DNA of 64,000 nucleotides from a virus. The position numbers were made by a program, and so were the translations under genes. The notes under the pieces were generated by a model. It made no database searches, was not told the origin of the DNA, and saw only the letters and a list, made by a program, of their open reading frames with translations. The stretch covers positions 1 through 64,000 of IMG/VR virus record IMGVR_UViG_3300028131_000005, one strand, 5' to 3'. Shown in pieces: positions 35,953 to 45,818 of this stretch. Within the stretch, counting starts at the first letter, position 1. Each line of letters starts with the position of its first letter.

Positions 35953-36147
35953 ATGAGTGAACGAGAAGTAATGTTAGAACTATTAGAACAATTACAAGTT
36001 ACATTAAATGATGTACAAGAAGATGCTACAAAATTTAGTGAAAAAGGAAACAAAGCAGCTGGTACTAGAGTACGTAAGCAAATGCAAACAATTAAGACAT
36101 TGGCTCAAAACGTAAGAGTTGCTGTTTCAGAAGCAAACAAGGCTTAA
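35953..36147 (+). CDS. histone H1-like (Hc1-family) small protein
   Basis: D..KF.EKGNKAAGTRVRK.MQ.IK.LAQ..R, typical of Bacteroidota Hc1-like proteins. Confidence 0.8.
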   Translation: MSEREVMLELLEQLQVTLNDVQEDATKFSEKGNKAAGTRVRKQMQTIKTLAQNVRVAVSEANKA

Positions 36148-36162
36148 TTGAAGTTTTAATTT

Positions 36163-36185
36163 AAGGGGCTTAACGGCCCCTTTTT
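36163..36185 (+). terminator. intrinsic terminator
   Basis: AAGGGGC-TTAACG-GCCCCTTTTT. Confidence 0.8.
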
Positions 36186-36216
36186 GAACAAAATCTAAAA
36201 AGCATATATAATAAAT

Positions 36217-36702
36217 ATGAAACTTATAAAGAATTACATACTTTACCCATTCTTACACTGGTTTGGCTTTTTTCAAGAAATGAGAATTTGGCTTTTGTTT
36301 ATGAATAAATCAAAGTCTAATAGAGAATTATTAGAAAAAAATGAATTAAGAGTAGATTGGATAGGAAGAGTTTACGGAGTTGTAAATGTTCCTGATGAAG
36401 TTTTAGGCGCAGCTGAAGAAATTCAACAAGCATATGTTTTAAAAGAAATGGGAAGATTTGGTTCTGTAATGACTGAGTTGAATCTTTCAAATATTGTATA
36501 TCCTCAAATGCAAGAAATTAAAGGATCTGGCGCATATTTAGTTATATTTTGGCCAGTACTTGATAAACTTGATTTGATGTCAATTCTTTTAAATATATTG
36601 GGTTCTTCTGCATGGCTTTTTGCGAATTATATAATTATAAAACTTATTATGAAAACAGGTGTTTTATCAATTATCTGGGACTTTATATATAATTTATTGT
36701 AA
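36217..36702 (+). CDS. hypothetical membrane protein
   Basis: LRVDWIGRVYGVVN; hydrophobic C-terminus. Confidence 0.65.
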   Translation: MKLIKNYILYPFLHWFGFFQEMRIWLLFMNKSKSNRELLEKNELRVDWIGRVYGVVNVPDEVLGAAEEIQQAYVLKEMGRFGSVMTELNLSNIVYPQMQEIKGSGAYLVIFWPVLDKLDLMSILLNILGSSAWLFANYIIIKLIMKTGVLSIIWDFIYNLL

Positions 36703-36817
36703 AATATGGAAGATTTAAAAAAATACGCAGACGAAATTTCTTTTAGGTTATTGGCAACTAGAAATCACGAAGATTACGAATGGCTTTTAGAAATTTTAAA
36801 AAAAGTTAGAGATAATA

Positions 36818-37009
36818 ATGCTGATAAAAGTAAAGAAGATTGATATAATCAAGGAGTTTGAGGTAGAAGTAGAAGGAGAAACCTTTATTTTTAAAATCGT
36901 AAGAAATGGTAATGCAGTATCTTACTTTATAGATAACCTGCCTTATGACCCTAAATCGCCATTTCATGATGAATTCATGAATCATTGGCCAAATTCATTT
37001 CAAATATGA
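36818..37009 (+). CDS. hypothetical protein
   Basis: ORF track. Confidence 0.5.
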   Translation: MLIKVKKIDIIKEFEVEVEGETFIFKIVRNGNAVSYFIDNLPYDPKSPFHDEFMNHWPNSFQI

Positions 37010-37767
37010 TAGAAGAAATAAAAAGAGTCTATAAAGAAGACGGAAAACGTTTTTATGAAGTGACTCAAGATGGTAAAGTTATAGCAACTTTGCCCTCAGT
37101 AACAACCGTTATGGGCTCTATGGCTGATAAGTCTGGCCTAGAAAAATGGCGGCAAAGGGTTGGTGAAGAAGAGGCTGATAGAATCAGTAAACTTTCGATG
37201 AATAGAGGGACCATCATGCACCGACTTATAGAATTATATAAACCCCTGCCAGGTTCACCTCAAGAAAAGAGAGATTATTTAGAAGACACTGCAGCAAAAG
37301 ATTCAGAAGTTATAGAAATAACAGATCTTGAAAATGGACAGCTTTACTATAATGAGGCTTGGAAAATGTTCGATAAGTTCTGGTACAATAATAGTAGATT
37401 TTTTGGAAAGGTTGATGAAGTTCTAGAATCAGAAAGATTTTTATGGACTGTCAAAGGTGGTGAATTCGCTGGAACCCTGGATAATGTATCAAGATTAAAA
37501 GATGGTACTGTAAAAATCATTGACTATAAAAACTCTAGAAAACCTAAAAGAAGAGAATGGATTCAAGATTATTTCAGACAGACTGCAGCCTATTGGATTG
37601 CTTATTGGGATAGAACTGGAATAAAAGCAGATGGTGCTGAGATATGGATAGCCAATGAAATAGATTTAATGCCACAATGTTTTGAACTCACTAAGGATGA
37701 CTTAGAATATTATTATAAGAGTTTCATGGAGATAAGAAAAGCTTTCCGTGACAAATTTAATTATTAA
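36985..37767 (+). CDS. PD-(D/E)XK exonuclease (RecB/Cas4-like phage exonuclease); likely start at 37006
   Basis: LPSVTTV, W..RVGEEEA, RGT.MH, AGTLD, IIDYK, Y..Q..AY. Confidence 0.85.
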   Translation: MAKFISNMIEEIKRVYKEDGKRFYEVTQDGKVIATLPSVTTVMGSMADKSGLEKWRQRVGEEEADRISKLSMNRGTIMHRLIELYKPLPGSPQEKRDYLEDTAAKDSEVIEITDLENGQLYYNEAWKMFDKFWYNNSRFFGKVDEVLESERFLWTVKGGEFAGTLDNVSRLKDGTVKIIDYKNSRKPKRREWIQDYFRQTAAYWIAYWDRTGIKADGAEIWIANEIDLMPQCFELTKDDLEYYYKSFMEIRKAFRDKFNY

Positions 37768-37802
37768 ATTAGATATATAACTTATTAAAAAAAAATAGAA
37801 CT

Positions 37803-38105
37803 ATGAATAAATTCAATCAATTTTTTAAAGAACACGGAATAAAAGTACTTTGTGTGCTTTTACTCTTAAATTATTTCAAGTCATGTTCAACTTCAAGATC
37901 TGTAGCTAGAGTAGATGAAAACATCGAAGTGGTAGATAATAAAGTTGAAGAGATTAGAAAAGAATTCGGAGAGAAAATCATATCAGCTCCAGAAATGATA
38001 GAGATTATTAAAAACACTCCAGCATGGAGAACTCTAGAAATAGAAGAATTAAGTGACAAGAATAGAATTCCAATTAATTCTTTTAAGAATAAAGAAGAAA
38101 ACTAA
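37803..38105 (+). CDS. membrane-anchored/lipoprotein-like coiled-coil protein (spanin-like candidate)
   Basis: N-terminal hydrophobic stretch then Cys; near the endolysin; GATATATAA at 37772. Confidence 0.4.
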   Translation: MNKFNQFFKEHGIKVLCVLLLLNYFKSCSTSRSVARVDENIEVVDNKVEEIRKEFGEKIISAPEMIEIIKNTPAWRTLEIEELSDKNRIPINSFKNKEEN

Positions 38106-38719
38106 TGAAACCAAGTTTAGTAAGAAAATTCATTATAGGAATATTTTGTTCACTTTATATCCTAGTATCATTAATATCAACTGTCCACGTTATTGACTTT
38201 TTTGAAATAGCAAACCCAAGTTGGATGGCGATAACCTTAGCAATAGCTTTTGAAATTGGAGCAGCAGCTTCTTTAGCCTCTCTTGTTATTTTAGACAAGA
38301 TGAATAAAAGTTTAGTTTGGGCCCTTTTTATAGCAATTACATTAATGCAGATGCAGGGAAATCTTTATCATGCATTTACCCATATCGGAGACTATACCCA
38401 ATGGTCAGAATTGTTTTGGTTATCTGAAGAAGAGCCATTATTTCAAAAAAGAGTCTTTTCACTTGTTGCTGCTGGTATTTTACCTTTAGTCGCTTTAGGG
38501 TTTATTAAGTCCTTAGTAGACTATATTAAACCAGGAGAGACTGAAGAACTTAAAGAAGAGTTAGACGATATTTTAGATCCTCCAGGAAATCCAGAATACA
38601 TGCCACATGATTTTGAATTATATCCAGAAGAGTCTGAAATAGACCCTCTAGATATTGCTACTAAGGAAAATGAAGATAATAAAAGGTCTAATATTTTAAA
38701 AGAAGAGGATGATAAATGA
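38105..38719 (+). CDS. multi-pass membrane protein
   Basis: Four hydrophobic segments and an acidic tail. Confidence 0.65.
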   Translation: MKPSLVRKFIIGIFCSLYILVSLISTVHVIDFFEIANPSWMAITLAIAFEIGAAASLASLVILDKMNKSLVWALFIAITLMQMQGNLYHAFTHIGDYTQWSELFWLSEEEPLFQKRVFSLVAAGILPLVALGFIKSLVDYIKPGETEELKEELDDILDPPGNPEYMPHDFELYPEESEIDPLDIATKENEDNKRSNILKEEDDK

Positions 38720-39137
38720 TATAGGTTTTAGATTACCTGATCTGTATTTAACAAAGCCGATAGAAAATAATTCTTTAAAAAATATTAAAGATGAAAGCTT
38801 CACAGTTATCAAAAGAATCTTTATGATAAAAAGCGAAGTTAACTCAGATTATTATTTTATGGACTTAGACGTATCTTCTGGCTTTACTCTTTCAGCTAGA
38901 ATAATACCCAACTACATTATTGCTGGAAGTGCTGCTAAACAATTAAAAAATGCAGCCATAAAAAATCAGAACACAGAAGCCCCTCATTTTAGAATAAAAG
39001 TATCTCTTTATAAAATAAATGAATATAAGCAAATTTGGAAGTTTGAACATTTTACTAAAAATGAAAGTGAAATATATAAAACAATAAAACAAATAAAAGA
39101 ACACTTGAACTATGAGCTCAAAAAATATAATTCTTAA
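38709..39137 (+). CDS. hypothetical protein
   Basis: ORF track. Confidence 0.55.
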   Translation: MINDIGFRLPDLYLTKPIENNSLKNIKDESFTVIKRIFMIKSEVNSDYYFMDLDVSSGFTLSARIIPNYIIAGSAAKQLKNAAIKNQNTEAPHFRIKVSLYKINEYKQIWKFEHFTKNESEIYKTIKQIKEHLNYELKKYNS

Positions 39138-40017
39138 ATTTGGAAGCGAAGGAGAACTTGTTGGAATACTGCAAGGAATCTTAGGTATCAGGGTAGATAA
39201 TCACTTTGGTAAATTAACACACACTGCGGTAACAAAATTCCAAAAATCAAAAAAATTAGCAGCAGATGGCATCGTAGGTCCATTAACATGGAAGTCTTTA
39301 GGATATGACCCAATAGAATTTGAATTAGACACTGATAGGTCTTCATACGAAAATTGGATAGAAAAATATCATCTTCCAAAAGGAGAATATATTCATAAAA
39401 TAACTAATAAAGAATGGATAATGCTGCACCATACAGCAGGAAGACATAACCCTTACAAATGTATAGACCATTGGGCTAGAGATAGCAGAGGTAGAGTAGG
39501 TACCAATTATGTAATTGGCGGTACGTCTTCAAATGGAAAAGATACAAAACATGATGGTAAAGTCTTAAGAGCAATTGATGATGAGTACTTTGGATGGCAT
39601 ATAGGAAAAGGTGGAATCTATGCACTTAAAGAAAATTCAATAAGTATAGAAGTTTGTAGTGCAGGTGGTTTAAAGCAGAAAAATGGAAAATGGTACACTT
39701 GGTTTAAAGAAGAAGTTGACCCAAGTCAAGTTTGTATTTTAGACAAACCCTTTAGAGGATATAAAGCATTCCATAAATATTCAGAAGAACAAATAAAATC
39801 TTTGAAAGCACTTTTAATATTTTTAGGAGAAAAGCATTCAATCAATATAAAAGAAGGAATGGCAGCAATGCTTCACTCAAACGTTAATGCATTTGAATGG
39901 AATAAAGCAGTATGTGAAGGTAAAATAAAGGGAATCATAAATCATACAAATGTCAGAAAAGATAAAAGTGATATGTTTCCACAGCCAGAACTTATAGAAA
40001 TGCTATTAAGTCTTTGA
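39112..40017 (+). CDS. endolysin: PG-binding domain + N-acetylmuramoyl-L-alanine amidase (Amidase_2)
   Basis: FG..T..AV.KFQ....L.ADGIVGPLTW (PG_binding_1); LHHTAG, WHIG, SIEV, H..VRKDKSD. Confidence 0.88.
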   Translation: MSSKNIILKFGSEGELVGILQGILGIRVDNHFGKLTHTAVTKFQKSKKLAADGIVGPLTWKSLGYDPIEFELDTDRSSYENWIEKYHLPKGEYIHKITNKEWIMLHHTAGRHNPYKCIDHWARDSRGRVGTNYVIGGTSSNGKDTKHDGKVLRAIDDEYFGWHIGKGGIYALKENSISIEVCSAGGLKQKNGKWYTWFKEEVDPSQVCILDKPFRGYKAFHKYSEEQIKSLKALLIFLGEKHSINIKEGMAAMLHSNVNAFEWNKAVCEGKIKGIINHTNVRKDKSDMFPQPELIEMLLSL

Positions 40018-40047
40018 AACTAATTAAATAAACCTTATATAATATTT

Positions 40048-40242
40048 ATGGAAAATAAAGAAATGACATTACAAGAAGCAGTAAAAGTTCTACATCAAGT
40101 TGCAGAATTAGCTCAAAAAGCTGGAATACTTTCGATGCAGGATGCAGCATTAACATTTAGCGCAGTGAATGTAACTACTAAAGAAATATTGAATAACTTT
40201 CCAGTTGACAAAAAAAGTGACCCTGCGTTAGCTGAATCATGA
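40048..40242 (+). CDS. hypothetical protein
   Basis: ORF track; AQKAG.LS..DA motif. Confidence 0.6.
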   Translation: MENKEMTLQEAVKVLHQVAELAQKAGILSMQDAALTFSAVNVTTKEILNNFPVDKKSDPALAES

Positions 40243-40436
40243 ATCAGGAAGTTAAAGAAATATTAGATAATATCAATAAACTTCAAAAAGAACTAGAAGC
40301 AATTCAAGAAAACTGTACCCACGAAGAATACAATATTGAATTGATAGAGGGAAGTTTAAGAAAAGTCTGTAAGGCTTGTAAGAAAAACATAGGATACGCT
40401 AGTCAAGAAGACTTGGCAGGATCGGGATATATATAA
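40239..40436 (+). CDS. small Cys/His (zinc-ribbon-like) protein
   Basis: C.H...C..C. Confidence 0.55.
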   Translation: MNQEVKEILDNINKLQKELEAIQENCTHEEYNIELIEGSLRKVCKACKKNIGYASQEDLAGSGYI

Positions 40437-40447
40437 AAAACAGCATT

Positions 40448-40735
40448 ATGAAAAATAATATAAATAAATTCTTAGAGCTTTTTTCAGACTTTGATTTAGT
40501 AGTAACAAAGTCCGGTAAATATTCAGAATCAGATGAATATTATAGAGAAGTTGTAGAAACTGAATTAACTCTTTCTGAGCAAGACCTTAAAAGAAATATT
40601 AAAAGATTAGAAAAAGAATACTCTGCCGCTAAAAGAGCATGGAAAGCTGGTAAATTACAAAGAGAAGAACTTTTTGATTATGAGTGGAGATTATATGAGT
40701 TAAAAGAAGAACTCAAAAAAATCCAAGGTGAATGA
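40448..40735 (+). CDS. hypothetical protein
   Basis: ORF track. Confidence 0.55.
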   Translation: MKNNINKFLELFSDFDLVVTKSGKYSESDEYYREVVETELTLSEQDLKRNIKRLEKEYSAAKRAWKAGKLQREELFDYEWRLYELKEELKKIQGE

Positions 40736-41037
40736 AAGAACTTGTTTCAAGTCACATTATAGAGTGGGCATTAATTGCCCTTTCTGCATTTTTAGGATTT
40801 GCATTAAAAGACCTAATACAAAACTTTTTTATAGGACTTCAATTCTTATGGGGTCATGATTTTGATGTAGACGATATTGTATACATTAAAGGAAATAAAA
40901 AGGCAAGAATAGTCAGACAAAATATATGGAAGACAACATTTTATGTTTTTCCACATCAAAGAAAATTCATTATTCCAAACTCTATGCTTTGGAAACTAGA
41001 CATAGAAAAACAATTACCCTTAAATAATAACGATTAA
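40732..41037 (+). CDS. minimal MscS-like (mechanosensitive channel TM3 + beta-domain) protein
   Basis: LGFALKDLIQNFFIGL......FDVDDIV.I.G....I......T......IIPNS. Confidence 0.7.
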   Translation: MKELVSSHIIEWALIALSAFLGFALKDLIQNFFIGLQFLWGHDFDVDDIVYIKGNKKARIVRQNIWKTTFYVFPHQRKFIIPNSMLWKLDIEKQLPLNNND

Positions 41038-41049
41038 ATCTAAAAACAA

Positions 41050-41322
41050 ATGTTAAGTTCTCTATTTTATGGCTTTTTTGGAGCCGCATTTCTAGTATTT
41101 TTAAATTACATGGTCCTTAAAGTTTACAAGCAATTTCCTAAATATGGCATAGGACTTGTATGGGGAAGTCTAGGTATCAAACTTATATTTCTTTCAGGTT
41201 TTACTCTTATGATGAGAGAATTCATAAATCAACCAGTCATGTATGCCTTTCTTATTTTAGCAGGCGTTATATTTTCTAACATTCAAACTTTATTAACTTT
41301 AAATAAAAACGGTGATATATAA
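41050..41322 (+). CDS. small 3-TM membrane protein
   Basis: Hydrophobic throughout. Confidence 0.6.
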   Translation: MLSSLFYGFFGAAFLVFLNYMVLKVYKQFPKYGIGLVWGSLGIKLIFLSGFTLMMREFINQPVMYAFLILAGVIFSNIQTLLTLNKNGDI

Positions 41323-41328
41323 ACCGTT

Positions 41329-41916
41329 ATGAGCCCAAACGAGTTAAACGAAGCAAAACCCTATAAAGACAAAGGAAAGATTCTAGTGTTCGATCTTGAT
41401 GACACCATTATAGTATCGGCAGCCAGAATCTGGGTAACCAATAAAACTACTGGTGAAAAGTTCTCTTTGACACCAGAAGAGTTTAACACCTTTCAAAAGA
41501 AACCTAGCCAGATTTTAAATTTTGATGAATTTCAAAGTTTAGAAATTATGAAAGCTGGGAAGTTGATTAATTACTATTTCAAAATCTTTAAAGAAGCATA
41601 TAGAAATAAAATAGCAATTGCTATTGTAACAGCAAGAGATGACCATAGAATGATTTATAGATGGTTAAAGGAGCATTTGAAATATCCAATAGATTCAGAT
41701 TTAGTTTTTGCTGTAAATGATAACGCACACCATAAATTTAAAGGTGATATTGCTGATAGAAAAAAGGAAGCATTTAGAGAAATTATTGATAAAGGTTTTA
41801 ATGACCTGCAATTCTACGACGACGATGATGCCAACTTAAGATTAGTAAAATCTTTAGAAGACGAATATCCAAATGTGACCATTTCTACTATTAAGGCGAA
41901 AAAAGCACATAGATAA
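41329..41916 (+). CDS. HAD-superfamily phosphatase (polynucleotide 3'-phosphatase-like)
   Basis: Motif I FDLDDT, II VTAR, III K (RKK), IV FYDDD..N. Confidence 0.8.
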   Translation: MSPNELNEAKPYKDKGKILVFDLDDTIIVSAARIWVTNKTTGEKFSLTPEEFNTFQKKPSQILNFDEFQSLEIMKAGKLINYYFKIFKEAYRNKIAIAIVTARDDHRMIYRWLKEHLKYPIDSDLVFAVNDNAHHKFKGDIADRKKEAFREIIDKGFNDLQFYDDDDANLRLVKSLEDEYPNVTISTIKAKKAHR

Positions 41917-42548
41917 TGAATAAAATACCCAGAATAATCCATCAAATATGGATTGGTCCAGACCCAATTCCACAACATTGCACGGAATTTTCAGAAGAAA
42001 TGAAAAAAATGCACCCTGAATGGGAGTATCATTTATGGGGCAATGAACTATTTACAGAGTTATATAAAGATGACATCTTTTTACAAAATTATATAAAAAA
42101 TCCAAAGCTATACAAATGGGCGTATATAAGTGATAGGGTAAGGCTCCTATTATTAAGAGATTTTGGAGGAGTTTATGTTGATGTTGATTCGAAACCAATA
42201 AGACCTTTCGACATTATTTTAAATAAATGTAACGATGAGCATACTTTTTTTGCTGGAATTAAAAGAGTAAGATGGAACGACAAGGTTAATGAAGAAAAAA
42301 TGGGTTGGATTGTAGACTGTACTGTTTACGGCGCTGCAAAAAATTCTAGAACTATAAATTTAATATTAGGAACTTATAATAATGTTAACTGGGCAAATGG
42401 TGGAAGAATGTTTAGCAATGAAATATTAAATAATATAGACACTGATATGCTGATTTTAAGTAAAGACTATTTTTATTCAAATAGTATTAACGATAAGACA
42501 ATTATTTTGCATGATGTAAATCAAACTAGACTTAATTCATGGAGGTAA
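41916..42548 (+). CDS. glycosyltransferase, DxD sugar-binding family (GT32-like)
   Basis: IPRIIHQIWIG, HPEWEY.LW, SD.VR...L..FGGVYVDVD. Confidence 0.88.
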   Translation: MNKIPRIIHQIWIGPDPIPQHCTEFSEEMKKMHPEWEYHLWGNELFTELYKDDIFLQNYIKNPKLYKWAYISDRVRLLLLRDFGGVYVDVDSKPIRPFDIILNKCNDEHTFFAGIKRVRWNDKVNEEKMGWIVDCTVYGAAKNSRTINLILGTYNNVNWANGGRMFSNEILNNIDTDMLILSKDYFYSNSINDKTIILHDVNQTRLNSWR

Positions 42549-42788
42549 TAAACTTTTCTGAATTTCATGTATATATAATATAATAAACCCTAAAAACATT
42601 TATTAAAGATGGACAGAATTTCAGAAGAAGCCAAAACTTCTGAAATGAAACCAATTCAACCTCAGGAGGAGTTTGAAAAAACCTTACAACAAGAAGATCT
42701 TTTCGGTATCTTCTTAAGCGAAGGTACAGATGATGAATCAGATGATGATATGTTTCTTTTCGGAGTAGGTGGCCCAGCTTAAAACATT

Positions 42789-42812
42789 AAGGACTCTAAG
42801 GAGTCCTTTTTT
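42789..42812 (+). terminator. intrinsic terminator abutting promoter copy 7
   Basis: AAGGACTC-TAAG-GAGTCCTTTTTT. Confidence 0.8.
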
Positions 42813-42862
42813 ATGCCCTCAGATTTTTACTTGTCGTTTATTATGATTATATTTATACTATA
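42813..42862 (+). promoter_or_regulatory. early-promoter-like element, copy 7 (variant TTGTCG-N17-TATACT)
   Basis: ATGCCCTCAGATTTTTACTTGTCGTTTATTATGATTATATTTATACTATA. Confidence 0.75.
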
Positions 42863-42881
42863 TAAAATCAATATATAACTT

Positions 42882-44036
42882 ATGAGAATTAAACCAATAA
42901 ATGAATTCATGAATATTTTAGAAGCACAGCAGAATCTAAAATTAAATGTACCAAAAGATGTTAAAGACCTTCATAAACTTTTTAAGAAGAATAAAAGGGA
43001 ATTATACATTGTTGGAGGAGCTGTCCGAGATGCACTTCTTGGCCAAAAACCAAAAGACTTTGATTTAGCAACCGATGCTAAGCCAGAAGAGGTTATAAAA
43101 ATCTTAAAATCTGGAGGAGTTCCAACAATTGGAGAAGTTGGTCATCAGTTTGGAGTTGTAATTGCAAAAACACCAAGTTTTGCAGAAGGAATGGAAATTG
43201 CTACATTTAGAGAAGACATTGGAAAGGGTAGAAGACCTGATGCTGTAGAATACTCAACAATAGATAAAGATGTTCTTAGAAGAGACCTTACAATCAATGC
43301 GTTGTTTTACGATATTGAAAGTCAAAAAGTAGTTGACCTGGTAGGAGGAGTTGCAGATATTCAAAGTAACACAATTAGAACAGTTGGTCGAGCTCAAGAA
43401 AGATTTGATGAAGACCCATTAAGAAAATTAAGAGCATTGAGATTTGCAGGTAGAACAGGAAGTAAACTTGAAAAGAATACAGCAGAGGCTATAATTAGCG
43501 ATAACAGCTTAGAAGATATCAGTAGCGAAAGAATTAGAGACGAGTTTAAGAAATCTGTAGAAAGCGCAAAGTCTGCCAAGTTCTACTTAGATATGGTTTC
43601 GGAATTTAGTCTTTGGGGAGTAATGTTTCCCGGCTTGGAAATCAACAAAACATTTTTAGATACTAATAATTGGCTTTTGCAAATTACTCAGTTGTTTGGA
43701 GATAACCAAGAAGAACTTCTTAAAAAAGAATTAAATAAGATGTCTTTTTCAAATCAAGAAATAGATACAATTATATTCTTTAAAAGATTTTTAGAACTTA
43801 AACCAGAAACTGCGTTTCAATTAAGTAAGGAATGGAAAATTGCAAAATTAGATAAAAAATTACTTTTAGAATTTTCTAAGATAAATAAACTAGACCTTAA
43901 ATTAGTAAAGGCATTCTTTAAATACAAACCTTCTACGAATGGAGGTCAAATAATGAAAGAATTTGGTCTTAAAGGTTCTGCAATTGGAGATAAAATAAAA
44001 GAAATAGAAACAGAAAAATTTAAAAAATTACTATAA
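42882..44036 (+). CDS. cca: tRNA nucleotidyltransferase (class II, CCA-adding type) with an N-terminal leader extension
   Basis: VGGAVRD..LG..PKDFDLAT, EIATFR, RRDLTINAL, RFDEDPLR.LRALRF, SSERIRDE. Confidence 0.88.
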   Translation: MRIKPINEFMNILEAQQNLKLNVPKDVKDLHKLFKKNKRELYIVGGAVRDALLGQKPKDFDLATDAKPEEVIKILKSGGVPTIGEVGHQFGVVIAKTPSFAEGMEIATFREDIGKGRRPDAVEYSTIDKDVLRRDLTINALFYDIESQKVVDLVGGVADIQSNTIRTVGRAQERFDEDPLRKLRALRFAGRTGSKLEKNTAEAIISDNSLEDISSERIRDEFKKSVESAKSAKFYLDMVSEFSLWGVMFPGLEINKTFLDTNNWLLQITQLFGDNQEELLKKELNKMSFSNQEIDTIIFFKRFLELKPETAFQLSKEWKIAKLDKKLLLEFSKINKLDLKLVKAFFKYKPSTNGGQIMKEFGLKGSAIGDKIKEIETEKFKKLL

Positions 44037-44038
44037 AA

Positions 44039-45568
44039 ATGGCACAATTAATAAATAAATTTGAAAAAATTAATAGGTTTAAAGCAGGCGTCGACGTTGA
44101 CGTTGTATTATTGCAAGAACCTACTGTAGAAACAGGAATTGAAAAAAGTGAAGGACAAACCGGTATTTTTGTTCACTCAGAAGGAGGAGAATATTCCGTT
44201 TATTTTTACAACACAGATACTTCTTCATGGGAATTATACGGTGCGGTTTCAGCTGAAAATACAAGTATTAATTTACAGTGGGCTCCTCATCACAGTGCAG
44301 TTGCATTTACTACAACTATTCCAGAACATGTTTTTAGAGTTGTAGGTTTATCTGGTGATATTATTATAGATAGCGACTTAACAGATGGTATTAGTAGTGA
44401 GGGAGATTCACTAGTTGTTAGTCAAAATTCTTATGCATTGAAAACTGTACAATTAGCGGCTTCAGCTGCTGTAAATTCTTCAATACCTTCATCCGGTAAA
44501 TCTAAATGGTCAAATTGGATGGGTCAGGCTCCAGGTTTTCAAGCTGGAAATATGGAATATGGCGGAGCTTCAACTTATGGCGAGGCTACACAGTTAACAT
44601 TTCATAAAGAAGATGCAAATGGAGACGACCAATCAACATTTTTAGACCAATATTTAAACGCAAAATCTGGTCAAATTAAAACAATACTTGATGCCAACCC
44701 TGGACATAACAATGTTTACCAAATAGTAGGAGCAAGTATAGATGCTAATGGAAATTATGTATTTGATGTATATAATGTATCGTATGACCAGATAGCAGTT
44801 AACACAGGAAGTACTGAAGTATATTTTGTACTTGTAGGAGCTGAAGGTGCTAAAGGAGACGACGGCGCTGATGGAACTTCAGTAAAATATGCAACTACAT
44901 TTAACGGTCCACATTCACTAGGTGATGATAGAAATCCAGGTAATGTAACATTAGGTTCAGTAACTGTAGATACTGGTTTATCTTACCAAAGTGGTGATTA
45001 TGCTATAGTATCTTTAGATGCTGGTCCAGATAATTTTGATATAGTACAAGTAACTTCATATGATAGTGCTACTGGTGTAATAACATGGAATAACATTTAT
45101 CAAAGTACACAATCTTCATTTAGTTCTAATTGGAATATCAACTTAACTGGTATACCAGGACTAAAAGGTGATGATGGTGCAACAGGACCTCAAGGACCTG
45201 CTGGGGCAGATGGAAACAATGCATATACAGATAGTGATGTTGCAGACTACCTTAATGGTAATTTAGATGGACATATTATTCCAAGCGCAAACGCACAATA
45301 TGATTTAGGAAATGCAGAATATAAAATCAGACACCTTTTCTTAAGTGATAACTCAATGTATATTGGAGATACTTGGATAAAGGCCGAAGGCGATCAGATA
45401 AAAACGCCTAATCTACTTGTGGGTGATATTAACCTAAATAATGAAGGAAGAGAAAATGAAGTAGATGGTACTTCTGGACACTGGTCGATTCAAGAAGGTT
45501 CTGACGATTTATTTTTAATTAATAGAAAAACTGGTAAGAAATATAAGTTTAATCTTACTGAAATGTAA
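44039..45568 (+). CDS. tail fibre / structural protein with short collagen segments
   Basis: GAKGDDGADG and GLKGDDGATGPQGPAGADG; C-terminal GDINLNNEG..NEVDGT.G.W.IQEG.DDLFLINRKTGKKYKFNLTE domain typical of marine phage fibres. Confidence 0.7.
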   Translation: MAQLINKFEKINRFKAGVDVDVVLLQEPTVETGIEKSEGQTGIFVHSEGGEYSVYFYNTDTSSWELYGAVSAENTSINLQWAPHHSAVAFTTTIPEHVFRVVGLSGDIIIDSDLTDGISSEGDSLVVSQNSYALKTVQLAASAAVNSSIPSSGKSKWSNWMGQAPGFQAGNMEYGGASTYGEATQLTFHKEDANGDDQSTFLDQYLNAKSGQIKTILDANPGHNNVYQIVGASIDANGNYVFDVYNVSYDQIAVNTGSTEVYFVLVGAEGAKGDDGADGTSVKYATTFNGPHSLGDDRNPGNVTLGSVTVDTGLSYQSGDYAIVSLDAGPDNFDIVQVTSYDSATGVITWNNIYQSTQSSFSSNWNINLTGIPGLKGDDGATGPQGPAGADGNNAYTDSDVADYLNGNLDGHIIPSANAQYDLGNAEYKIRHLFLSDNSMYIGDTWIKAEGDQIKTPNLLVGDINLNNEGRENEVDGTSGHWSIQEGSDDLFLINRKTGKKYKFNLTEM

Positions 45569-45587
45569 AAAACCAAATATATAAGTT

Positions 45588-45818
45588 ATGGAAAAATGGA
45601 AACAAATATTCGAAGAGACATTAAATGAAGAAGTTAAGTCTCCTAAAGGCTCAAAAGCTCGTCAATTACAATTTATGTTAGATAGAGCAATTAATCTTAT
45701 AGATGAGAATTTAGACTACAAAGAACTTGCAGCTGCAGTTGCACTACAATTAGAAGATACTTATGGAGAACATAATTATAAGCCATTTTTAAAAGAACTA
45801 GAAAAGCAATTAAAATAA
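45588..45818 (+). CDS. small protein with leader ending LNEE (candidate internal head protein)
   Basis: MEKWKQIFEETLNEE; AATATATAA 12 nt upstream. Confidence 0.55.
   Translation: MEKWKQIFEETLNEEVKSPKGSKARQLQFMLDRAINLIDENLDYKELAAAVALQLEDTYGEHNYKPFLKELEKQLK

Noticed and set aside
36985-37767. Cas4-like nuclease as part of a CRISPR-Cas system
   Set aside because: No Fe-S cysteine cluster, no other cas genes and no array; it matches the common stand-alone T4-like PD-(D/E)XK exonuclease.
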